DNA of 64,000 nt from Chrysomallon squamiferum (taxonomy: Eukaryota > Animalia > Mollusca): assembly GCA_012295275.1 (NCBI GenBank), contig CM022670.1, positions 6,386,001 through 6,450,000 of the forward strand. Reading direction: 5' to 3'. Positions 37,319 to 54,546 of this stretch are shown piece after piece. Below the pieces are notes generated by a model, which was not told the origin of the DNA, ran no database searches, and saw only the letters and a list, made by a program, of their open reading frames with translations. A program made the position numbers and the translations under genes. The first letter of the stretch is position 1, and the number at the start of each line of letters is the position of its first letter.

Positions 37319-40059
37319 ATTTCTAAATGTGTAGAAGTCCTGTCTACCATAACGATCCAGTGTTGCCTGATTCAAGATGTCAGTCACGTGATTTCCGGTA
37401 TCCAGACTGTTTATCTCGCGCTTGTCTTTGGGACTGGCTTTTGGCGAGAAGCCGATTTCCATGTCCTCAGAAAACACCACGTTCAAGTCTTTGCTCGTCA
37501 CTTCCTGCCACACCTGAGTCTGCGCACTTTCTTTGTTATTTCCAGCTTCGCCGTCAACCTTCTCCTCAGTCTGGTGACTGCTCGAGTCCGATCTGCGAAT
37601 AAACAAAATCGTCGACAGAATGACGACCGAGACGACGACAGTAATCCCTGCCACGACGCCAGCGATGACCATGTACCTCTGCGACTCTGCTTCCATGTTG
37701 GCTGCAAGCAATGTGGCGTTGGTGAAGATGATGTTGACGTCAAGCCTCTGCTGGGACTGTTTGGGAGGTTTTCCGCCGTCTTTGACTATTATGGTTAGTT
37801 CGTACTTGGGCTTATCGTCCACTGTAATTCGCCTGTTCAATAGCAGTTCTCCAGTATCTGAGACCATCTTGAAAACTTCGTCCTCGTTGCCTGACAACAC
37901 GTAATACGACAACTGGGCGTTGACCCCTCGTCTCTGTCCGTGGCTATCACTCTGGACACGTTGGAGCCTGGAGCAACGTCTGAGAAGATGGTGATGCTGG
38001 ACTGTTCTTTGTTGGGGAATAAGATGAGAGGTTTGTGGTTGTTGATGTCGTCTATGTTTATCTGAACCGTTCCTGTTGTGTTCAGAGGAGGTTTACCCTT
38101 GTCTGACACAAAAACACTCATATTGTACACAGCCTGCTTCTCACGGAGGAGCAGTCTGCTGGTTCGAATGACGCCATCGGTGAATACGATAAAGGGGAGA
38201 TCGGGGACAGAGGTGAGAAGTTTGTATTCCAACTCGCTGTTCTGACCGATGTCGTTGTCCATCGCTTCCAGTCTTCCAATAATCCGACCAGCGGGCATCA
38301 TCTCAGGTACATGAATCATCACAGGGTTGGACGGAAACCTCGGTCTGTTGTCGTTGACGTCGAGAATGTTGACGGTAACGGTGGTGGAGCCTGTGAGAGG
38401 TTTGTTGCCCTGATCGACTGCGTAGACGGTGAAAGAAATCTCTGACATCGTCTCTCTGTCGAACACGTCGTTGGCGGTGACAACGCCCGATTTTTCATCC
38501 ACAGAAAACATGGAGCCAACGTCTAAGTTCAGTTTGTACACGATGTCTGCGTTCACTCCCAGATCCTTGTCCGTGGCGGACACCTGGGTCACAAACTTGT
38601 TTCTGTAACTGTTTTCAGTCAGGTTGGCGCGGTACACCAGACTTTTGAACACTGGGGGACTGTCGTTTATATCAGTGATAATCGCCAAAAAATTCACAAA
38701 CGCACTCAAACTTGGACTTCCCGAATCTGAACACGTGATCGTCACATTGTGCTGGTCACGTGACTCTCGGTCCAGACGATGATTAATCAAAATGGCGTAA
38801 CCTTTTCCTTCCAGTTTCTCCACTTTGAACTTGTCATCATTCGACAGACAGGAGACTTCTCCGTTTAATCCCGAATCGAAATCTTCAACTTTTACGTGAC
38901 CCACGAACGTCCCCACCCTGGATTCCTCGGTCAGGAGGATGGTGTCTGCATATACGGGCGATTTCAGAACGAGCTCCAGCTTTGGTGGGGTGTTGCCGAC
39001 GTCCAGAATGGTGGCGTGAAGAATTGCTTGTGACGCCAACGACGGGTCGCCGTCGTCTCTCGCTTCTATCACTGTCTTGTACGTCTTTCCAGAGTGGTAC
39101 AGCAACGGCGCTTTGACAGTCAGAACTCCAGTGGTGAAATCTAAGTCGAAGAGCTGCTCCAGCTGAGACGGTCTGATAGAACTGAAGGTGTACGTGACGT
39201 CGGCGTTCTTGCCAAGATCTTTGTCGAACGCTTCTATCTGTCCCACCACTGAACCGATGGGTTTTGTTTCATCAACGAACAGATTGTATTCCTTCTGACT
39301 GAACTCGGGCGCGTGGTCGTTAAAATCCGTCACCTTTATGTGAACGGTCAACGTTCCAGTCTTAGGTTCGCTCCCACCGTCCGTGGCGATAATTTTCAAA
39401 GTGTATTTGTCCTGCATTTCGCGATCCAGCGGTCCCAGGGTAACTATTTTCAAATCTGTTCTGCCGTCCAGTTTTTTCTCGTACTCAATGTCAAACAAAT
39501 CTCTGTGAGTCGTGATGTGGTAGCTCTGCACTGAGTTGTTGATTCCCGTGTCGCTGTCAGTGGCTCCGTGAACGGGAATCTTTCTTCCCGCTGTGTCTGA
39601 TTCAACTATAGACCGAGTTATCTCGCTCGGCACAAACACCGGGGCGTTGTCGTTGATGTCGTCGATTTTAATCTTCACTGTCAGTATCCTTAACAACGTG
39701 ATGTTGAGCTGAACTGTGACGTCAAACTCCACCTCACACGTCATCGACATGTTACACACCTCCTCCCTGTCAATCATGGCTGTGGAGAAAATGGCGCCGG
39801 TCCTGCGGTTGATGCTGAACATGGAGGCCGTGTGCAGAGTGTTGGGGTTGAGGAAGCTGAATCTGATAAACGGAAGATCTTTCTTGCTCACGCCGTGGAT
39901 GACGCTGCTCGTCTCGGAGAGGTTGCCGACGTACGAGCCTGCGGGTTTCTGCTCGAGAAGATGAAACATAACATCCGCACCACTTAACGGCACAATGAAT
40001 CCCGTGAGAAAAACAAAAACGAAGTCCAAACACACCTCAGTGACAGTTCTGTACGACAT
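37319..40059 (-). CDS. Protocadherin coding exon 1: signal peptide, 7 cadherin repeats, TM and proximal cytoplasmic region; 1-bp deficit at 37924-37927
   Basis: ATG at 40059 (MSYRTV) followed by a hydrophobic signal. Repeat-end motifs DINDNAPVF, DFNDHAPEF, DVGNTPP, DINDSPPVF, DVNDNRPRF and DINNHKP, plus DRE and AxDxG motifs. ORF 37232..37912 completes EC7 and gives TM YMVIAGVVAGITVVVSVVILSTILFI. Donor AAT|GTAAGT at 37319/37318, phase 0. Confidence 0.95.
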
Positions 40060-40125
40060 CTCACTGCACACCTTGTCTCTTCACTTCATATCACTCTACA
40101 AATATATAAATTCAAATTATTACAC

Positions 40126-44900
<4,775 letters not shown>

Positions 44901-46499
44901 TCTATGTACGTACACACAATATGTTCTTTCCCCTTTTTTATTTTTTAACTTTTTTGTTTGTTTATGTTTTGTTTTATAAATAGCTACTCATATTGTCAAA
45001 ACCACTTAACTCACAGCTACAGGTATATATTATATCAGTTTAAGCCTGGTTGCTTGTGAACATCATCTCAAACCATTGTGAGAGATTAGTCCTAGACATT
45101 GTGTGTCCATCATATCACCTCTTATTTTAACCACTTGTAAACTCTCACAGAGAGGATTATACGACAACCCTTCTGTACAAACCGCTGGATCCGCCTCTTG
45201 CCATGCATTGAGTGTTTTGTGCTACCCATCTGTTAACACTGTAAACTGTGAGTCTGGGCGTGTTTAATATGACGTGCAGCAGCCGTTCCCTGCCCCAGGG
45301 ACACGCCTGGCGTGCGACCGTATTCAAATGTCAGAAAAAAGAAACAAATAAAAAGAAAGAAAGAAAGAGCAATATCATAGGCAAGATTCTTGTACATCGA
45401 TATCACTTGTTTTGTTTTATGAGTTTTCTTGAGTTATTATTTGTTTTTTCTCTCTCTGTTTATAAGATCTCGTATTTCTTTAAATACCGTATTGTTGTGT
45501 TCTTTTTTTTTTTTTTTTCACATTGTAATCGTATTATAATGTATAAATAATTAAGATCAGATTGTCTGTCTGTCTGTCTGTAATTATAATCATACATACG
45601 GATTTAGTAACTGAATTAGAAAAACATTAACAAGCTGTTAGCCGAGATCATTTTAAACGCATCCTATTTTAATGGGTTCTAAAAGAAAACTTTAAATTTT
45701 TTATTTTATTTTAATGTATTTATTTATACATCTGTAATAACAGTATGTGAAAAAACGTCTCTGATGAAACAGTTTTTGTTACAGAAGCACTAATCAGTTA
45801 GACATCTGTTGGAATAATTACACGACAATCTCTTTGTATTATTTTAATATAAAAATAATTATATTGTTTATGTATCTACAACATCAACAGTAAAATAATT
45901 AAATTACATTGTATTTACGTGATCTGTGATATTATATGTAACTGTGTGATATAGTCCTGGATCCAGAAATAAAATTTTAACATTTTGTTTAACCGTAACA
46001 ATGATTTGTAAAATTATTACTTTGGTAATTGGTTTATTTTAACGCTACTTTGTTCGACTGGTATAGCCTTTACAACACAACTATACAGTCCATTTGTAAC
46101 ATTAATCAGACAGAAATAATTATACAGCTGGTATTAATAACATTAATTTGCGTGACAAATATTAATTAAGATAATTATGAAATTCAACATTAGACTTGTT
46201 CGATTACCATTGAAATGTTATTTATGTATATGTAATATTAATTTGCTAGCAAGGTATTCACGTATAAACACTTTGATCTTGACAAAAAATTAGCGTATAT
46301 TTGCAGAGATAAACTCACACATTTTTAGAGTGAGTACTCAACCGTGTGAAAGAAAATCAGTCTAAACAATACGGAGAAAATTGATTTCTCTCACACACTT
46401 AATGATTTATGAAGACAAATATTTTCCACGTGTTTTCTCTTATCGCGGCTGGAATGCACATCAATTATTTAAACAAAGCTATTTATTATTTCACAGAAA

Positions 46500-47640
46500 A
46501 CTTGACTCTAAGTTTTGAACAATCGACGTCCTATCTCGTAATGTCGCCGTCGTGTCAGTGACGTAAGGTTTACACGTCGAGGCCATTGTGCCAGTCGCTG
46601 CAATAAATCGATTACTGTCTTCGCACGCCAGTAAAACCGGGTATATCTTTTATCTATAGCTTTCTATCTCGTAATAAAACAGGCAGATCTTTTATCCATG
46701 GGCTCTGGCCCACAGCAATGGCTGCCGGCGTAAACCACCAGCGACAATTTTTTATTTTTTTTTTTTCTTCTTCGTCTTTCTCCTGTATTGGACAATGAGA
46801 TGCAATTATCATCAAGATTGATAGCGTGTAGATCCACTGTGCTTGCTTATCTATGCAGGGCAGTCGGAGGGAATGCTCTCACGTTGAAATAGGATTACGT
46901 TTTGAAAAGATTTCTATCCTCGCGGATCAGGGCGAGCGGCTAAATGGACTTTTATTGCATTGCATTGTTTTTAATGGCGTCATTAAGAACAACAAGTGAA
47001 AATAGCTTGAATAGGTTAGCGCTGTCTTGAATCAAATGTCAACAGTCACTGGCTTACCTACCCTAAGCCTAACGCTTAGGTGGCAATTAAAAGAAACTGA
47101 GGGCGGGTACAGCGAAACAGAGTAAAGCAGAAAAACGAAAAACGAAAGAATGTGCGAGTCTAAATAGGCGTCACACCTGTTTATTTTTTTTGTTGAAACT
47201 CGTAATTTCCTACTTTTGTCCAGCGCACCGACTACTACAGCGAGAAGGGGAACGACTTTGTGACACGCACCGTTAGCGATCAAATTCTACCGTCTTTTAG
47301 ACGAAGCCCAAACGTAAGATAAGTAAGAAAGCAGAAAATTCGACAATTACCCAAGTACGCGGAGAACAAAGCTGAAAGCACTGAAGTACCTCTCGCGAAA
47401 ACAACAGCTATTTACAGTTCCGCATTTCACGTATCACGTCATGTGGTGTTTTCGCCACGAACCTCTCAACTTCAATTATGATTCTTAAAACATTCACGAT
47501 AATGCGTCGAGCCATTCGGCATATGGAAGAATACGAATTGCTATGGTAACCGCGAAACGTATTGTGCGTTTATGACAAAAAGCAATAAATGTGTCATTTT
47601 AAATATTGATGACGACACATAGTCGGGAATTTCCGTCGTT
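46500..47640. promoter_or_regulatory. CpG-richer island upstream of the protocadherin, candidate promoter or enhancer with an RFX X-box-like site
   Basis: Non-repetitive CpG-rich stretch with ATTGCTATGGTAAC at 47537-47550 and CRE-like half sites. Confidence 0.35.
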
Positions 47641-47862
47641 TTCTCTTGAATCTATTACTTTATTTCAGAAATGCTGTCTTTGTGTTTTAAAAGACTGTTC
47701 TAATGTTATGTTACAATAACGTATGGACGTATTGTCTGGGATCATTAAAGGGTAAAATTGTTAGGGTCATAAATTCAATAAATAGATTTTTTCTTTCTTT
47801 CTTTAAATTTCTTTTAAAAATATATATATATATATATATAAAAAATTTAAATAATTGGTAAA

Positions 47863-47916
<54 letters not shown>

Positions 47917-48434
47917 TACTATTAATAAAAACATTAGATAGATAGATGGATGAAAGGAAAGACAGAGAGAAACGGCCAGACAAACAGACAGACACTAAAA
48001 TAGTCATATAAAAGTAATCACTTGTTAATTAAAGGAACGACAATCAGTGTGTGACAATGCACGTGAAGACTGTGCTGTAAATCAATACACTTAAGACGTT
48101 GTCGCTGACTTACATCTTTCTTATTATACTAATAATAGCAAAACCGTGTTCAGTACACACAAACACTCCAGTCTGCCTTCGCTGACAATTTACTTTATCA
48201 TTAGAAATTAGTTAGAATTCGTATGAATAGGCTCACGTTTTCAATGATTTTGAACTCGATGAACGATTTAAATATACATAAGCACATACATATATATATA
48301 TGTATATAAATACATATACATTTATATAAATACATATACATTTATATATACATACATATACATATACATATACATATATATATATGTGAAGATCGCGGTA
48401 TTATATGTATTATATGTAATGATTACATACATTT

Positions 48435-48496
<62 letters not shown>

Positions 48497-48986
48497 CACA
48501 AGAAGAAAAGGGAAGAGAAAGAACGAAAGAACAAAACTGAAAAAATAGAAAGAAACAAATTATAGAATAAAAAATTTAAAATGTCATAAACAAAGAAAAA
48601 GCTATTGACAGAAAAAAACTAAGGAATTAACAAATACGGAATAAAAGATAATGAAAGTAAAAGAAAAGAAACGAAATAGGTAAGAAGGAAGGAAAAGTAA
48701 AGAAAACATAAAAGAAAGACAACAAAATGTAGATTTGATTGCACGCAATGGAAACAACATTTAAAAAAAAATAAAAAAAATAAAAAATAAATAAAAAAAC
48801 CCGGTTCCATCAGTAAAATAAACTATGCATGAAGAAAATCTAATACAGGAGACGAGAACGAATCCATCATACAGTTTACACTGTTAGTGAGAAATGATTT
48901 GTTAAAACCAGAGTTGTTAAAACCAGCCCACAGTCATCATTTCTCTGACGTAATTCTCCTACAACCGCCTCCACCTGTATTGATAT

Positions 48987-49037
<51 letters not shown>

Positions 49038-49454
49038 TTTTATTTTATTTTATTTTATTTCATTGTATTTATAATTTATTACTATTTCAGTTTTGGGGAG
49101 TAAGGTTATTTTTTTTTTTTCCATGTTTTTGGTTTTTTTTTTTTTTTTTTTTTTTTTTGTGTTAAATCACGTCTTAGTATGTCTATTCTTATTTATATAA
49201 TATCACGTCTTACTATCTATATCGTTATTTATATTTTATCTCATCTTGGTATGTCTACTGTTATTCACGTTCTATCACGTGTTCGTAACTATACTGTTAT
49301 TTGTGTTAGTAGATCACATCGTGCTATCATCTGTGTAACGAATAAACGTATTTACATTATTAATGATAGCAGTAATTGGTTTATTGTACTGACTGTACAC
49401 GTCACACATTACAAACACTGGAACAGAGAATGTGCAGCAGAATGAGGAAATGTC

Positions 49455-49640
49455 TTCTTGTGAAGTTGTGGTTCGCAGGATCGATCCTGCTTGTCGCACC
49501 TTCTGTTCTTAGTCACGTTCCAGTCAGTGGCCCACAGTCGATTTATCAAAGTCCTAGATATGCGTTTTATCTCGTTATGAAAATGTTAAAAAATATCTCA
49601 CTGCTAATCACTGGTGACAGCGAGTTTTCTCCATCTTTAA
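49455..49640 (+). mobile_element. Decayed tRNA-derived SINE
   Basis: caggatcgatcc (B-box-like), then cgttccagtcagtggcccac, ctgctaat and ggtgacagcgagttttctc; the reverse-complement layout of the copies at 53.6, 34.0, 29.3 and 21.7 kb. Confidence 0.55.
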
Positions 49641-49684
49641 AGGATTACAAATATGTATTATGTTTCTGTGTGTGCCCGTGCAAG

Positions 49685-49825
49685 TATATGTATATGTATA
49701 TGTATATGTATAGGTGTAGGTATAGGTGTAGGTGTAGGTGTAGGTGTAGGTGTAGGTGTAGGTGTAGGTGTAGGTGTAGGTGTAGGTATAGGTGTAGGTG
49801 TAGGTATAGGTGTAGGTGTAGGTAT
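49685..49825. repeat. Hexamer microsatellite (TATATG)n grading into (TAGGTG)n
   Basis: Directly visible. Confidence 0.95.
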
Positions 49826-50978
49826 GCTTATGTAAGTGTGTGTATGTGTGTGTATGTGTATTATAAGCTTGAAACCAAAATAAAAATAAAAATAAACAAG
49901 CTGTAGTCGGAAATATATAATCGTTAGACAATTGTTTGTCGTTATCTTGTTCAGATATCACTAAGTATTTAACAACAAATCAGTAATGTCACAATAGCGG
50001 TAGCTGTTGATGAATGTGAAGATCGCGGTATTATATGTAATGATTATATCAATGGAAGAATATTAATTTCCATATATTACTTTTTCTCTTTTATTCTCCC
50101 TACAATCTAAATATACACGTGTTCATTTTCTCGAATTTATTGAACAGGGTTTTAGATCGCAGCTGTACCAATTTAACCTGTTTTCTTTCACTCTCGAGAA
50201 ATCTGCCGTTTCTAATCCTCGCTCAACTAGTTCGAGTTTGCTATAAGTAGATATCAGTTCTTTGCGGTCTTCAGAGAAACGGTCTTTAGTCTCGAGTCTC
50301 GCTAAATCTCCGTATTTTCCGGTCTTCAATAAACGGGTTTAGTTCAATCTGAAAAGATCTCAGCGGTTCGTTGTCTTGCGTGGCTTTATTTCAAGTGAAA
50401 ATAAAAGTCTGTGTGTTTTCCAGTGTTCGCCGGCTCGTTTTTACTTCAGTTTAAATAGATTTACTGAATTTCCGAGGCTTCCGAAAAGCAGTACTTAATA
50501 CGAATGAAGAGCCAAGAACGACAATCGATACGAGAATGTTTTGTAGAGGACAAAATATTTAGAGTAATTATCCGTGAGAAAGAAAAGTCTAATACCTGTA
50601 ATCGATAGCAGACGACATTGGTATTTGGAGCGCTCAAGCGGAAAACCAGTAGACCGTTCCGAACACGGGACGATGATAAAAGGATGTATGTGGTCGTTTC
50701 GCTTCGCTGACTAATTGATCACGGAAGATCAGTTTTATGCAGTGAAATAAAACGTGTTTATCGAGTGTGATAAATACCTGTTTAAACTATCGTTATTTCG
50801 TCGTGATCTGATGTCAGTGTTTATCTATATTTTATATATTTTTTTTACAACAGCAGCGTTATTTGTTTTAAACGAATTCTTCTTTAAAAATAAGCCTTCC
50901 GTTACTTTATTATTACTGATAAAATAAATTATCCAAGCCCTTATCTATAAGTAATTATTCTAAAATATTCATTTATTC

Positions 50979-51019
<41 letters not shown>

Positions 51020-51023
51020 TACA

Positions 51024-51057
<34 letters not shown>

Positions 51058-51774
51058 CATACACACTTATATACATACATACATACATACATACACACAT
51101 ACATACATACACATACATACATATATACATACGTATGTACACAAATACATAAGAACACATATGCATGCATACATCGCACACCTATGGGTATTACATATAC
51201 ATTTAATAACAATATCATTTTATATTCCAAATACACTTTTATTATTTCTCTGTTTAAAACTAAATAGACATTTTCTATAAATTATTATCATTTTGTGTCT
51301 TACATAATTATAATTCTTACGTTATATATAATATACATTCATATATATATGTGTGTGTGTGTGTGTTTACATACATACGTACATAGATTCATAAAAATCA
51401 CTATATACACTATATACACTTATATACATACACACACACACGCACGCAAACACATACATACATGTATAAATGTTTACGTACACAAGAATATACACATGCG
51501 TATATACACCGTACACCTAATAACAATATTATATTTACATTCTAAATTTTCTTTAATTTTTATTACTTAGTATGTTACATAATTATAATCACTACGTGGT
51601 ATACAGTTTTAAAAAAAAAAAAAGAAGAAGAAGAAGAACACATGGGGGGAGAGGTTTTTCTCCTATACGCACATAACGGGCGCACGCATTTACATTTTTA
51701 AATCACATGATCAAGTTTGAGTAAAATCCAAAACACATTTTAAAGTATTCAAATAAAAAAAAATATAACAATAA

Positions 51775-51813
<39 letters not shown>

Positions 51814-51820
51814 AACCAAA

Positions 51821-51867
<47 letters not shown>

Positions 51868-51870
51868 AAA

Positions 51871-51917
<47 letters not shown>

Positions 51918-51935
51918 TAAATAATGATAATAATT

Positions 51936-51984
<49 letters not shown>

Positions 51985-53559
51985 GTAGTAGTAGTAGTAG
52001 TAGTAGTAGTAGAAAAATGAAAATAGAAAAAATAAATAAGAAAGAAACACAAAAATAAAACAAATAAACTAAGAAACGAACTCATCGGAAAGATGCGATC
52101 AAAAATAGAATTTCCGTAAAAAAAAAAAAAAAAAAAAAAAAAATAAAAAATAAAATAATTTTTTTTTATATAAAATATTAAACTGTATAAAATATAGAAC
52201 AACTCACCCTAACTAAGCGACAAGTAAATCCCGTTTGCCTTCTCTCACAACATGTGTGTTGTACGACTGAAACTGCTGACAAACAAAACTACGTAAAACG
52301 AAAGCAGTGTGCTGGTCTAGCGGCAGCTTTAAGAAAAGTGACAGACTGCATTTCACTATCACAGAGTCGACTAGCCAGCGTTTTCAGTCCGTCCAATCAG
52401 GAGGTCGCTTTCATCCGCGGTTCGGCTCGAGTTGGATGCTCTCTCTCTTTCTCTCTGTGTCTCTTTCTCTGCGTTAGCGTAATGTAAAGGTGTCGTACAA
52501 TGCAATGTTTTAGGTGCCGAAAGTAAAAACGCTACGGGCATTAGCTTACTGATAATGGAATTTGAGATATCTCTCTGTTAAAATGACCTATTTGCCAGTT
52601 TTAATGTGATTTATGGACGGGCTTTAATTCGCATCACATAATTTGGAAATGGGCTACTTTTAAATATCACACCGTTTTGCTGAGTCTGGCGTACCTTGCA
52701 GAAAGTCGCGGCTGTCCCTAGACTTTTAAAACCATTTCGTAATCGAGTTAATATTTCATCGGAGTTCTCGGTAAATTTCTGATCTGGGAATTAAATTGCT
52801 GCGCAATTCTCTCGTGGTATGAAAATGAAAAAAAACCCAGCAAATATAAGCATTTTTATTTGTTTTTTATTTGTTTTTTTTTTATTTCTATTTTTTTTTG
52901 GTTAATTTTTTTATTTTTTTTTTTTTTTTTTTTTTATTATTTCCGAGTGCAAGCAATATTCACAAACGTTAAAAGTAATAACTATAATAACACAAGTCAC
53001 ATAAAAAAAATAATTAAGAACTGAAGAAGATGAAAGATTTATATAAAAAAATAATAATAATAAAATATTATCAAAGAAAGAACAAACAAAATTTATGACA
53101 GTGATTAATTAACTAACATTAAGAGAATAAAAATAAATTCCCTGTTTTCTTTGCATTAGTGAAATATTATTTTAACTTTTTGCTTTTGAAACATCGGTAA
53201 TATATTGTGTTCAGTTCTTATATCATATCATATTATATGACATATCATATGATATACCACATCATACTATATAATATCATATATTATTTATTTATTTTTT
53301 CAGAGTTCATTCATTTTTATCTTACAAACAAACAAAAAAAAATAAAAAAAAACAAAAAAAAAAAAAAAAAAATAAATGTTATATTTTATATATATATATA
53401 AGTAATAATAATTAAAATAATTACATGAAAAGAAATACATCAATCAAGAAGATTTTACCTATATTTAAACACATCTTTAACGAGAAGAATGTTTATATAA
53501 CAACTCTCCTACATATATTTAATATCATTTATTATTATTCAATAAAACTACAAAAGAAG

Positions 53560-53780
53560 AAACTGACTGAATCACCACAGAGGCTACTCTTTTCTGTCGT
53601 CAACGAGACACTTTTATATACACATCTCCACGGACTAAGCAAGCATAAATTTTTTGTTTTTGTCAAACCAGCTTCAGGGCAGTGACTGGAAGGGACTAAA
53701 ACCCAGCGTCTCACCCAGGGGAACTGATCCCTAGTTCCACCACGCCCCAGGCTGTCCACTAAACTGCAGCTCGCGTCCAG
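53560..53780 (-). mobile_element. Decayed tRNA-derived SINE, near full length
   Basis: Collinear blocks shared by eye with the other copies: cttttatatacac core, cagtgactggaa, and a gatccc B-box-like remnant. Confidence 0.55.
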
Positions 53781-54453
53781 ATACTTAGCGCTACCTGCAT
53801 CAAACTGTAAATAAAAAACAAACGCTAAGTGTCATAATATTTTCACTAGGACTTCTGTTGTGAATATATTGATTTTAGAAAACTTGGATAAACCAGAGTT
53901 TTTCATTGTCACACAGACAGACGGACATCGGAACTGTCTGAGTCGAGTATCCTAACAAACAACTGAACCGATACGTTCAACACACTAACGGACTCTCTTA
54001 GCAATAACATTTTCTCAGATTAGACACCTAGAATACGACACCTACCGCGTGACACCTGTAAGACAACACTAGCAAGATGACACCTACACGACGTCAGTCT
54101 GCGTAGACTGTTGTAAAAAGTTGTTTTAATAATGTTTGTATCTGTTACCTCGGTCATCTCGACCGCAATTAGAAGTCTCAGTTACCTGTCTGAGTGGAAG
54201 TCTGACACAGTGAAGAGATGCACAGTGTTGTAAAACATCACTTTGTCTTACAACATATCATACGTTGAATATGTCACTGTCTGTGAATGTGTTTTGTGTA
54301 TGCGTGTACGTGGGTGTGTTTGTGTAGGCATATGTGTGTATGAGTATGTGCATGTGAATTTCTGTATGTGTAAAATATTTTTGGTTATTTCTCTCTACTC
54401 CCCTCTTTATTCGTAATTTTCATTGTATCTATATTTATATATACATTTCCCCA

Positions 54454-54456
<3 letters not shown>

Positions 54457-54542
<86 letters not shown>
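54457..54542. repeat. (CT)n microsatellite
   Basis: Directly visible. Confidence 0.97.

Positions 54543-54546
<4 letters not shown>

Noticed and set aside
37262-37798. 178-aa plus-strand ORF and plus-strand donor at about 37275
   Set aside because: An antisense shadow of the protocadherin exon with no independent support.
37232-40071. Two separate cadherin genes or an old pseudogene
   Set aside because: One base joins the ORFs mid-EC7, there are no other lesions, and the splice sites are intact.
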